From NCBI GenBank assembly GCA_963677495.2, contig CAXXOU010000003.1, forward strand, positions 384,001 to 448,000: a stretch of 64,000 bases of DNA. Reading direction: 5' to 3'. Position 1 is the first letter of the stretch. Each line of letters begins with the position of its first letter. The notes beneath the pieces were generated by a model. That model worked only from the letters and a program-made list of their open reading frames with translations. It was not told the origin of the DNA and ran no database searches. Origin of the DNA: Candidatus Cloacimonadales bacterium. Lineage in GTDB: Bacteria > Cloacimonadota > Cloacimonadia > Cloacimonadales > JAFGVF01. A program made the translations under genes and the position numbers. Shown piece after piece: positions 52,946 to 62,536 of this stretch.

Positions 52946-53527
52946 ATGAAAAAAGTATCGTTAGTAATTATTCTGATTGTTTGTTTGAACATAATTTTAG
53001 CAAATGAGTTTGATATAAACGAGTTCACTAATCCCTACAAATACAACTGGGAAAACTATGAACAACGAATTAGTCATAGGATTGATAGAGAGGAAAGGCA
53101 AGAACTGCTACAGATCTACAATATGAACAAACAATCAATCACATCTAACATGATCAAATCAGCCTTTGTCCCGGGATGGGGACAGATTTCTGCCCATAGT
53201 TATATTCGTGGGCAGGTGATATTAGGCGTTGAGATAGTCGCTTTAGGAGGATGTCTTTTCCTTTATACGCGTGCAATGGATAAGTATGATAAATACAAGA
53301 ATGCAACTCAGGTTGATGAAATTAATTCTCTTTATGATGAGGCATTGGAACCATACACATTATCTATGGCACTGTTAGGTCTTTATGGTCTGGTTTGGGG
53401 TTACAATCTCTATGATTCAGCTCAATCTACTGAAGGTTATAATGCTCAGTTATGGAATAAGCTATTGAAAGATAATGCTTCAAGACGAATACTATTAACA
53501 CCTACCGGAATAGAATTGAGGTTTTAA
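52946..53527 (+). CDS. DUF5683-like membrane protein
   Basis: SAFVPGWGQ motif with hydrophobic helices. Confidence 0.65.
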   Translation: MKKVSLVIILIVCLNIILANEFDINEFTNPYKYNWENYEQRISHRIDREERQELLQIYNMNKQSITSNMIKSAFVPGWGQISAHSYIRGQVILGVEIVALGGCLFLYTRAMDKYDKYKNATQVDEINSLYDEALEPYTLSMALLGLYGLVWGYNLYDSAQSTEGYNAQLWNKLLKDNASRRILLTPTGIELRF

Positions 53528-53943
53528 TGAAGAAGTTAATAATGTTATTGATTGTATGCACGTTGTTTATTGCATGCTCACTAAAAGAAGATAATCCTTT
53601 GCACAATAAGAAAGCTCCATCAGTTATTATTTCAGATAATTGGTCTGTTACTCAGAGAAGCGGAGTACTGGTCGTAAGCTGGAATCCACTTGATATGATG
53701 GATTGTGATGGTTATTATATTTATAGAAGTCTATCACATAGTGGTCAATACGTGCGCTTAATAGATAACCCTACAAATGTTAATGGACCTGGTATACCTA
53801 ATAGTGCTGTTGAAGAGCTAGAGTTTGAGGACCATGATGTCATTAGTGGTATCTATTACTATTATAAGATTTCAGGATATAGAATTTATAGTGAAGGAGT
53901 ATTGGAAGGTTCCATTAGTGAGCCTAAGTCCGGTAGAATGTAA
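53527..53943 (+). CDS. Small lipoprotein with an FN3-like domain
   Basis: Lipobox FIAC; W...GYYIYRS...F.D..V..G..YYYKI. Confidence 0.7.
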   Translation: MKKLIMLLIVCTLFIACSLKEDNPLHNKKAPSVIISDNWSVTQRSGVLVVSWNPLDMMDCDGYYIYRSLSHSGQYVRLIDNPTNVNGPGIPNSAVEELEFEDHDVISGIYYYYKISGYRIYSEGVLEGSISEPKSGRM

Positions 53944-53945
53944 TA

Positions 53946-56117
53946 ATGCATCCAATCTTACAGAATCTAAATCCAGAACAACAAGAGGTAGTTACTACAA
54001 CTGAAGGTCCATTATTAGTACTTGCAGGTGCAGGTAGTGGTAAGACCAGGTCAGTTATACACCGGGCCGCTTATCTTATTTTAGAAAAGAATATTGCTCC
54101 TTGGAATATATTAATAGTAACATTTACCAATAAAGCTGCCCATGAACTTCAGGAACGACTTGAAGCACTAGTTAGAATCAACACTCAAAATCTATGGGTA
54201 GGGACTTTTCACTCTGTTTGCTTAAGAATATTGAGACGAGAATCAGAGTTGTTACCTTTCGCAACGAGAAACTTTACAATATATGATGCTGATGACCAGA
54301 AAGCATTGCTTAAAAAACTCTATAAGACACTACAGGTAGATCCCAAACTATTCAATGTAGGGAAAGTACTGAACCTTATATCAAAGCAAAAAAACAACTT
54401 GATGATGCCGAAAGACTTAGAAGTAGATATGAGCAATCCATTCTTGCGAACATTCAAGAATGTATATACTGAGTATCAAAAGCATTTAGTAGCTAACGCT
54501 GCTGTCGATTTTGATGACATAATGATATATACTTACAATATACTCAAAAACCACAAAGATATTAGAGAAAAGTACAATCGTATGTTCCCATATGTGATGG
54601 TGGATGAATATCAGGATACAAATTACCTACAGTTCATGCTTATTAAGTTACTTGCAGCAGGGAAACTAAACCTCTGTGTTGTCGGTGATGATGACCAAGC
54701 AATATACAGCTGGCGTGGAGCTACAATACGAAACATCCTTGGTTTTGAGCAAGACTTCAAGGATGCAAAGATAGTCCGATTAGAGCAAAATTATAGATCT
54801 ATTCTACCAATCTTGAAAGTAGGCAATGCTTTGATTGAGAAGAATAGTTCAAGACATCCAAAAGAACTAAGAACAGAGATTCATGGAGAGCAAAAACCTT
54901 TCTACAAAGTCTTAGATCGTGATATCGATGAAGCTAAATACGTTGCCGATAGTATACTACAAAAAGCTGAGAACGTATACAAATCATGGCAGAGTTTTGC
55001 TGTACTATATAGAACCAACTCGCAATCTAGACTTTTCGAGTCCATCTTTATGGAGCATGGTGTTCCATATACTTTAGTTGGTACAGTGAACTTCTACCAA
55101 AGAAAAGAAATAAAGGATATTTTAGCATATTTTAGAGTCATGGTAAATCCCTTTGATACTGAAAGTTGCTTAAGAATTATAAATAATCCCACCAGAGGTA
55201 TTGGCAATAAATCTATTAGCACATTAATTTCCTATGCAGCCAATCAAAAACTTTCTCTATATGATAGCATTCTACGGTTAGATGAATCTGCGAACTTAAG
55301 CAAATCTATTATTAAGAAAGTAATACCATTTAGAGATTTGCTCCTCTCATGGCAGAAACAGAGAGAAGAGGAGACTTTAAAAACATTTATTCGCAATGTT
55401 ATCACTGACTTAGGATTTATAAAAAAATATAATTCAACCAACGATCCTCAAGACTTATCTCGAGTTGAAAATATTAAAGAATTTCTTAATTCTGTTGACG
55501 AATACTGTGAAAGATACAAAAATGAGACTGGCGAAGAAGCTGTTCTTGAAGACTTTATACAAAACATAAGTCTACAAACTAATGTTGATAGAATGGCAGA
55601 CAAAAATAATTCAGTCAAACTGATGACACTTCACAATGCCAAAGGTTTAGAGTTTGATGTTGTCTATATTGTCGGAATTGAAGAAGATTTGCTTCCTCAT
55701 GCAATGTCCACCGGGAGCGAAAGCGAAGTGGAGGAGGAACGACGCTTGTTCTATGTTGGAATAACTAGAGCAAAGAAAGAGCTAATCATGACAAGATGTG
55801 ATTTAAGACGTTCCTATGGTTCATTGAATGCCAGCATGGAAAGTAGATTTATAAGTGATATACCAGATAGCTTAATCGAAAAAGAAAGTTCTTTTTCATA
55901 CCCTATTATCTCTAAAAGAAGAAGGAGTACGCGACCGAAAATTGTTCTGGAAAGTGAGAAGTTATTTAAGGTTGGCCAAAAAGTCCGTCATGAGGAGTAT
56001 GGCGAAGGTGTAATCTTGAGTGTTGACGGTAAGGATATTTCAGCTATATTAACTATATCCTTTAATACCGGAGACCTGAAAAAGATTAAAGGTTCTTACA
56101 TTGAATTAGTACTTTAA
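53946..56117 (+). CDS. pcrA: ATP-dependent DNA helicase PcrA/UvrD
   Basis: AGAGSGKT, VDEYQDTN, VGDDDQAIY, LEQNYRS, TLHNAKGLEF, EERRLFYVGITRA; C-terminal Tudor domain. Confidence 0.93.
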   Translation: MHPILQNLNPEQQEVVTTTEGPLLVLAGAGSGKTRSVIHRAAYLILEKNIAPWNILIVTFTNKAAHELQERLEALVRINTQNLWVGTFHSVCLRILRRESELLPFATRNFTIYDADDQKALLKKLYKTLQVDPKLFNVGKVLNLISKQKNNLMMPKDLEVDMSNPFLRTFKNVYTEYQKHLVANAAVDFDDIMIYTYNILKNHKDIREKYNRMFPYVMVDEYQDTNYLQFMLIKLLAAGKLNLCVVGDDDQAIYSWRGATIRNILGFEQDFKDAKIVRLEQNYRSILPILKVGNALIEKNSSRHPKELRTEIHGEQKPFYKVLDRDIDEAKYVADSILQKAENVYKSWQSFAVLYRTNSQSRLFESIFMEHGVPYTLVGTVNFYQRKEIKDILAYFRVMVNPFDTESCLRIINNPTRGIGNKSISTLISYAANQKLSLYDSILRLDESANLSKSIIKKVIPFRDLLLSWQKQREEETLKTFIRNVITDLGFIKKYNSTNDPQDLSRVENIKEFLNSVDEYCERYKNETGEEAVLEDFIQNISLQTNVDRMADKNNSVKLMTLHNAKGLEFDVVYIVGIEEDLLPHAMSTGSESEVEEERRLFYVGITRAKKELIMTRCDLRRSYGSLNASMESRFISDIPDSLIEKESSFSYPIISKRRRSTRPKIVLESEKLFKVGQKVRHEEYGEGVILSVDGKDISAILTISFNTGDLKKIKGSYIELVL

Positions 56118-56127
56118 GAGAGATAAT

Positions 56128-57084
56128 ATGAAAAAGATAATAATAATACTGTTAGTAGTGCTGGTAACAAGCACTCTTTTAGCCGATAAATATGCTGGAG
56201 AAATCTTTAGACTTCGTGCCGGAGTTAGAAACTATGCTCTTGGCAATACAGGAGTAACTGACTATAACACAACAGCTACAGCTGTTCGCAATCCTGCATT
56301 AATTCCATTCAATAATACATTTAATGCTGAGTTTATGCATGCTGAAGAGTATGATGGCTTACTCAAATATGATACAATTAGTTTTAATGGTAACTCAAAT
56401 CTGCCATTCTCAGCTGTACTCACTAGAATTGGAATCAATGACATTCCTATTACTAAGCTTGAAGATGAGGATGGAGAGCTATCTTCAATCAATAAACCAT
56501 ATGTTGATAGATATGTAGATAATAGTGATTACATCCTCTATTTCGGATATGGTCGTGTGATTAATGATAAGTTCTCAATTGGTGTTACTCCAAAGCTGGC
56601 TTACAGAGATTTAGCCGAAGAAAACGGTTATGGCTTCGGAATTGATCTTGGACTTCTATATAAATTCAATAATGATTTTACAGGGGGACTAAAGTTTAAC
56701 GATGCTTTCACCACACAAATAATCTGGGCAGATGCTGATAACGAATTAGTTATGCCATCAGCTGATCTAGAGTTTAGCTATGCAAAAAAACTATCAAAGA
56801 AAGGTTTAGATTCATTTAGACTTATAGCAATGACAGAGATAATATCTGATTTCCCTGAAGATGATATAACAGCTCAGATGGGAGACTTGGGTTTAGATTT
56901 CCATGCAGGTATTGAATATGCTCCAGTGGAAACTCTCCAAGTGCTTCTTGGATATGATGTAGATAATATCACTGCAGGTTTAGGTTTTCAATATAATAAC
57001 TACATGATTACTTATGCTTACGAGCATGAGATAGAGGAAGATTTAGACAATTCACATAGAATCTCCGCCGGAGTTAAGTTTTAA
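56128..57084 (+). CDS. PorV/FadL-like outer-membrane beta-barrel
   Basis: Signal peptide; GVRNYALGN...NPA hatch motif; GFGIDLG; ends in GVKF. Confidence 0.75.
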   Translation: MKKIIIILLVVLVTSTLLADKYAGEIFRLRAGVRNYALGNTGVTDYNTTATAVRNPALIPFNNTFNAEFMHAEEYDGLLKYDTISFNGNSNLPFSAVLTRIGINDIPITKLEDEDGELSSINKPYVDRYVDNSDYILYFGYGRVINDKFSIGVTPKLAYRDLAEENGYGFGIDLGLLYKFNNDFTGGLKFNDAFTTQIIWADADNELVMPSADLEFSYAKKLSKKGLDSFRLIAMTEIISDFPEDDITAQMGDLGLDFHAGIEYAPVETLQVLLGYDVDNITAGLGFQYNNYMITYAYEHEIEEDLDNSHRISAGVKF

Positions 57085-58236
57085 GTGTCGATCAAACTCA
57101 AGATTGCTATTGCCGGTATAACAGGCTCGATTGGCTCATCAGCAATTAAGATTGTACGTGAGCACAGTGACGATTTCGAGATTGTATTAGCAACTGCACA
57201 TAGCAATAGTGACAAACTTCAAACTCTATGTAACGAGTTTAATATTGATAAACTAGTTTTGACCGGTAGGCAAAAACCTACCGGTTCTTCTCTTCCTAAT
57301 AACACCTATTATGGAGCGGATGAGCTCTATACTCTCATCTATGATATTGATTATGATATATTCCTTAATGCTATGCCAGGGTCAAATGGACTCCTAACGT
57401 CGTATCATGTACTTAGAGCAGGTAGAAAACTAGCACTAGCTAACAAAGAATCATTAGTACTTGGTGGGCATCTTCTTACTGAAATGGCTAAAGCGAATGG
57501 GAATATTATACTCCCAGTTGATAGTGAACACAGTGCGCTACTCCAAGCAATTGGCAATCACAGAAATGATGAGATAAGAAAGCTACATATCACAGCATCA
57601 GGTGGAGCTTTTAGAGACTTACCTCTAAATGAATTTAAACATATAACCTTCAAAGACGCTACTCAGCATCCAGTCTGGGATATGGGAATAAAAGTTACTA
57701 TAGATTCTGCTACGATGATGAATAAAGGCTTGGAATGCATTGAAGCTAAGTGGCTCTTTAATATCGACTATGATAGAATCGATGCAATCATACATCCCCA
57801 ATCAATCATTCATTCTATGGTGGAGTTCATTGATGGTTCTATTCTCGCTCAAATGAGTAATCCATCCATGGAGCTACCTATACTTTACGCTTTTAGCTAT
57901 CCTAATCGTATTGAATCCGACAATGTTAAAACTAATCTACTTCAAATGTCTGACCTTACATTCAAGGAAGTAGATTTCAAAAGATACCCTCTCTTCAAGC
58001 TTGCCCTTGAAGTTGCAAAATCAGGTGGAATTCTTCCAACTGTTATGAATGCAGCGAATGAGGCAGCTTTAGCACTGTTTGAGCAAAACAGCCTCAGTTT
58101 TGTTGATATTTTCACAGTAGTGGATAGAACTGTCCAACAGATTGAGAATATCTCTTATCCTGAGCTGGAAACAATTCTTGACTATAACACAAAAGCATTC
58201 AATTTAGCCTTGGAGATTGGCAAGAAAATCAATTAA
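57085..58236 (+). CDS. dxr: 1-deoxy-D-xylulose 5-phosphate reductoisomerase
   Basis: GITGSIG, LANKES, PVDSEH, HPVWDMG, DSATMMNKGLE, NAANE. Confidence 0.96.
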   Translation: MSIKLKIAIAGITGSIGSSAIKIVREHSDDFEIVLATAHSNSDKLQTLCNEFNIDKLVLTGRQKPTGSSLPNNTYYGADELYTLIYDIDYDIFLNAMPGSNGLLTSYHVLRAGRKLALANKESLVLGGHLLTEMAKANGNIILPVDSEHSALLQAIGNHRNDEIRKLHITASGGAFRDLPLNEFKHITFKDATQHPVWDMGIKVTIDSATMMNKGLECIEAKWLFNIDYDRIDAIIHPQSIIHSMVEFIDGSILAQMSNPSMELPILYAFSYPNRIESDNVKTNLLQMSDLTFKEVDFKRYPLFKLALEVAKSGGILPTVMNAANEAALALFEQNSLSFVDIFTVVDRTVQQIENISYPELETILDYNTKAFNLALEIGKKIN

Positions 58237-58268
58237 TAACCTAATCTCCTGAACCATAGGAGGAGATT

Positions 58269-59075
58269 ATGGTAGATAACAAAACAATCAGACAAGCGAA
58301 TCGCAAAGCCTGGAACGAGGTTATGCCCTATCACCGTAAAGCCAAAGATGAAGAATGGGATAAAGAGTTTTCCAATTCTGATTTTATTATCCAAGATAAA
58401 ATTGAACTGGAAGCACTTAAAAAGCTCAATATTATTGATAAAAACATTGTGCATCTTTGTTGCAATAACGGTCTTGAACTTCTTTCTCTTAAACGTTTAG
58501 GAGCTGGTAGATGTGTAGGCTTTGATATTGCAGATGAAGCTATCAAAGATGGTAATAGAAGAGCTGAGAAGTTTTCTATTCCTGTAGAATTTTATCAATC
58601 AGATGTATTTGAGATACCAAATGAGTATAATGAGCAATTCGATATTGTCTATATTACAATCGGAGCTTTAGTCTGGTTACCCGATTTAAAAGAGTTCTTC
58701 GCTGTTGCTAACCGGTTACTAAGAGCTAATGGTAAACTCTTCATATACGAATCTCACCCTTTCTCACAAGTTTTACCATGGGATGTAACTGCAGAAACAG
58801 GTGCTCCGGAGATTAAGTATACTTATTTTACTGAAGGCTATCAAGTCTATAATGACGGTATAGATTATTACGGAGGTGCTGACTATGTAAGCGAAGATTG
58901 CTATGAGTTTGAACATACACTAAGCACTATCCTTAATGCCATAATGAGTAATGGCTTTATTATGCAAAGCTTTGATGAGTATTCTCATGACATCTCAAAT
59001 GGATTGAAATGGGTAGAGAGTCTGGATATAATGCTTCCTCTGTCATACATTTTAGTTGCTAAGAAAGTAAAATAA
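58269..59075 (+). CDS. Class I SAM-dependent methyltransferase
   Basis: VHLCCNNG, FDIVY, GALVWLPDL, HP motifs. Confidence 0.88.
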   Translation: MVDNKTIRQANRKAWNEVMPYHRKAKDEEWDKEFSNSDFIIQDKIELEALKKLNIIDKNIVHLCCNNGLELLSLKRLGAGRCVGFDIADEAIKDGNRRAEKFSIPVEFYQSDVFEIPNEYNEQFDIVYITIGALVWLPDLKEFFAVANRLLRANGKLFIYESHPFSQVLPWDVTAETGAPEIKYTYFTEGYQVYNDGIDYYGGADYVSEDCYEFEHTLSTILNAIMSNGFIMQSFDEYSHDISNGLKWVESLDIMLPLSYILVAKKVK

Positions 59076-59256
59076 CTTTTTTTAAAGACTGATTTGACCT
59101 TCATTGCCCTATCATAATAACTAAGTTTTGCTATTCTTTTTCCTGTCTTCTTCAAGGCAGTCTCCTAGTAATCTGAACAGGGATTGCCCAAGAGACTCCC
59201 AGGAGTCAGAGTAGTTTTGTCGCTTTATTATGAGAGTGCAATGAAGATTTAATAAG

Positions 59257-59285
59257 AAAAGCCTGCTGATTGCTCAGCAGGCTTT
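59257..59285 (-). terminator. Rho-independent terminator
   Basis: AAAAGCCTGCTGA-TTGC-TCAGCAGGCTTT. Confidence 0.85.
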
Positions 59286-59307
59286 AATCTATTGTCTAAG
59301 CAGTAGT

Positions 59308-61008
59308 TTAGAAGTCAAAGATGAAATTAATATTTCTTTTCTGCTTCTTAGCTTTGATTTTATCAATCTTCAGCTGTTCTTTATCTTTCTCATGATCAAG
59401 AACCATCTGCATAGTTTCTTTCTGATAATCAAGTTTAGCTTTTTCAAGCTCAAGTTGACGCTCTTTTTCTCTTTTCTCAAGAGCAGCTTTTCTTCTCGCA
59501 GTAGCAACAGCAGCAAGCTCTTTTCTGATTTTAGAAACCATTTGAGCAGCCTCTTTAATCTCAGCATCACCGTGTGTTACAGTTGTTAGAACAGCAAGAG
59601 CATCTCTTGGATTACCTGTATTATATAAGTTCTTGGCTTCAGTAAGTCTTTCACGACTGTTTGCAGCAAGAATCTCATCGATATTGGCATCAGCGATCAT
59701 CTCATTAAAGTCACGCTTTTTAATTTTAATTTTGTTATATGATTTCTTGATAGCGTCTTTTTCGTTCTTCTTACTTAATCCCTTAGCTTCAAGTGTGTAG
59801 TTTCCTACAGCCTTGTTGTTATACTTAGTTCTTAATTCAAGAGAAACCTCAGTTGTAACCATTGTCTGCATTGCTGCAGCACCTTCAATCTCTTTCACGT
59901 CGATAACATCAACAATACCTTCAAGTAATAGAGGAGAGTTATCGCTAACGATATAACCAAGCTTAGTTACACCTTTAGAAACCTTATCATATACTTTGGG
60001 CATTCTTCTTCCCTTCGTATCATAAACGTTTAGAGTGAATGAAACAGGAGTCTTTTCAACGATCTTAAACTTAGCAGTGTCTTCGAAACCTTTTGCTTTC
60101 TTAGCATAAGCACGAGGAATTTGATACATACTGATTTTACCACGATATTTACCACGTTCGTCATTACCTAATGCTTTAAGATAAGCTTCGTAACGGCCTT
60201 CTTCATCAGTGAAACCTCGTTCAATTACCTCTTTATCCTGATAGATTGCAACAGGGATATTTGAAAGAGGTACTCTATCGCCCTTCATCTTTGTAGTAAC
60301 TTCAAAAACGATTGGGTTTTGGAGCATTGAACCTGATTTACCAACCTGGTTGTCACCTTCTACAACTTCAATCTTCATGCTTGTAACTAGATTTCTGATT
60401 TCACTATCAACTTTAGCAAAAGTGATAGTCTTATCAAGTTCATAAGGTGTACCGGAAAGGTTATCATAAAGTGATTTCTTTGAGTAGAAAACTGTAATCA
60501 TCTGCTCACAACTAACATAATCTTCAATAGCTGCAACGAGATTACCATCTTCCACAGCAGACTGAGCACTATCATAAAGAGATGTAATAGAATCCCATAA
60601 TGGGTCTAACTCTTCTCTCATAGCTGTTAAGAGCTTATCTTTTTCAAGAACAACAAGAATGTAATGTGAGTTACCTTCCTGTTCTCTCTTAACAATCTCT
60701 GCACCTTTTAAATTACCTTGAACAGTAACTTCGCTGGCACGAGACATAACTTCTGAGAAGAACTCTTCATCATTAATCTGCAAGCTTGATGTAAGAACAG
60801 AAATCTGGTCTTTCACAGTTGTTTCCATCTGACCTGCAATATTAGAGAAGGCATCCATTCTGGCTTCTTCATGAGTTGAACCCATACCACCACCTATGAA
60901 ATAGGCATTGTGAGGATAACCGGCAGCCTGTGGATTATCATACCATACCGGAGCAGCAAAGAGCATTGCTATTCCACATAGCATTAAAATAAGGGTAAGT
61001 TTCTTCAT
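59308..61008 (-). CDS. Secreted LPP20-domain protein with an Ig-like domain and C-terminal coiled coil
   Basis: Start moved to MKKLTLIL. P.W...YFIG.G....EEARMDAFSNIA LPP20-like motif; VEGDNQVG Ig-like motif; charged tail. Confidence 0.7.
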   Translation of the reverse strand: MKKLTLILMLCGIAMLFAAPVWYDNPQAAGYPHNAYFIGGGMGSTHEEARMDAFSNIAGQMETTVKDQISVLTSSLQINDEEFFSEVMSRASEVTVQGNLKGAEIVKREQEGNSHYILVVLEKDKLLTAMREELDPLWDSITSLYDSAQSAVEDGNLVAAIEDYVSCEQMITVFYSKKSLYDNLSGTPYELDKTITFAKVDSEIRNLVTSMKIEVVEGDNQVGKSGSMLQNPIVFEVTTKMKGDRVPLSNIPVAIYQDKEVIERGFTDEEGRYEAYLKALGNDERGKYRGKISMYQIPRAYAKKAKGFEDTAKFKIVEKTPVSFTLNVYDTKGRRMPKVYDKVSKGVTKLGYIVSDNSPLLLEGIVDVIDVKEIEGAAAMQTMVTTEVSLELRTKYNNKAVGNYTLEAKGLSKKNEKDAIKKSYNKIKIKKRDFNEMIADANIDEILAANSRERLTEAKNLYNTGNPRDALAVLTTVTHGDAEIKEAAQMVSKIRKELAAVATARRKAALEKREKERQLELEKAKLDYQKETMQMVLDHEKDKEQLKIDKIKAKKQKRNINFIFDF

Positions 61009-61024
61009 TTGAGAACCCCTTTGT

Positions 61025-62302
61025 CTATTCATAAACAACTTTCAGAAGGATAAGTTTACGGTTAATATTAACTCTCTTTAAACCACCGTCAAGACCTGCT
61101 TCTTTGAAAGCTTTCTTGATTCCACGATAAACTTTACTTGATTTACCATATTTCTCAGCATCAGCCCATACGAGATAATCGATAGTCTGATCTGTTACGA
61201 TGTTTTCTTTTGATTTCTTAGACATCTCTTCAACAGCATCCATGAAAGCAAACTGAATCTCTTCAATCTCGTCCTCATCAAAACCAGTATCGATAGCTAC
61301 GATAACTTTATACTGAAGACCTTTAGCTAAATCTGTTTTCCAATAGTTATTAATTCTGTTAAGAACATTAGCGATTGGTTGACTTAAAGCTTCTTCGATA
61401 GAAACCATGATGTCACCTTTACGTTCTCTTGAATAACCAGTTTCTGTACCAAGAAGACGACCAGTTGTTGTTTCATAAGCACGAACCTGTACAGCAAATT
61501 TCTGTGCACCATAACCTGCTTCTTCAACTGAACCACTATAAGTGATATAAACGTCAGAACCGATAGATAAAGCTAATTGATAAGCATAATCTTCTTCCTG
61601 TCCACCAAGATCCATCTGAGCTTCATTAAGAGCATTGATTTGGTCCATCTGCTCTGGAACTGAAACTTCATATTGACGTGAAGTAAGATAACTTTCGATA
61701 ACTGAAGCTGAGTGTTTCACAGTAGGGTCATTTCTAAGCATTTCAACAGGATTCTGACCTTTGCTTGTAGCAGGAAGAACCATGATTACAGGATTTCCAA
61801 TAGAATCAGCAAGGTCACTTGATCCCATTACAACACCTTTAGCTGCAAGATCCTGCTTAAGGAGTCCTACATTAACTTTGTAACCTTTTGTGATTTTACG
61901 ACCTTTGCCACCATCGATAGAAACGCTTTTAAGCATCTTTGGTGATTCCCAAGAGATATACTTTGTTACGTTTGAACTTGATAAAAAGTCTTCAATTACA
62001 CTATCGAATTTAGATCTTTCATCTGCATTTGAAAGAAGTGGATCTGTTCCACCTGTAAGTACGAAGTATACAGCAGATTTTCTGCCATCTTCGAGAGCTC
62101 TTGTTACACCATTCTTTTCAACGTCTTTCTTAGCTTTTTTTGCTTTAGGAATACTTGATTTGTAAATACCGCTTGCCTGAACCATTACTTCTGATGAAGA
62201 AATTTGTTCTACGACTGATGCTTCCTTACAAACCGGAATTCCCGCCCATAAGCTAACAGACAATAAAGCTGCTATCATAACAACTAAAACTACTTTTTTC
62301 AT
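61025..62302 (-). CDS. DUF6175-like secreted protein (FlgT/CsgG-like layout)
   Basis: Signal peptide; NPVIMVLP, IGSDVYI, AYETTTGRLLG motifs; GGAGG RBS. Confidence 0.6.
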   Translation of the reverse strand: MKKVVLVVMIAALLSVSLWAGIPVCKEASVVEQISSSEVMVQASGIYKSSIPKAKKAKKDVEKNGVTRALEDGRKSAVYFVLTGGTDPLLSNADERSKFDSVIEDFLSSSNVTKYISWESPKMLKSVSIDGGKGRKITKGYKVNVGLLKQDLAAKGVVMGSSDLADSIGNPVIMVLPATSKGQNPVEMLRNDPTVKHSASVIESYLTSRQYEVSVPEQMDQINALNEAQMDLGGQEEDYAYQLALSIGSDVYITYSGSVEEAGYGAQKFAVQVRAYETTTGRLLGTETGYSRERKGDIMVSIEEALSQPIANVLNRINNYWKTDLAKGLQYKVIVAIDTGFDEDEIEEIQFAFMDAVEEMSKKSKENIVTDQTIDYLVWADAEKYGKSSKVYRGIKKAFKEAGLDGGLKRVNINRKLILLKVVYE

Positions 62303-62490
62303 TTATAACCTCCATAATTATATACAGACTGTAGTAATTTCTTCTTATAACTATTGATATTAGTTTTTGTCAAGCTTTCTGTCAGCAACAAAACTAGATG
62401 TTTATTTATGATATTGCAAATGAATTAGTAAGAAGGAACATTTTTTAGAAATAAATGACAGAATCAGATTCATTAATTTGCGTTATCGAA

Positions 62491-62520
62491 AATAGGGTAC
62501 CAATTTCTTGGTACCCTATT
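62491..62520. terminator. Rho-independent terminator
   Basis: AATAGGGTACCAA-TTTC-TTGGTACCCTATT. Confidence 0.8.
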
Positions 62521-62536
62521 ACTATTGCTTAAATCT

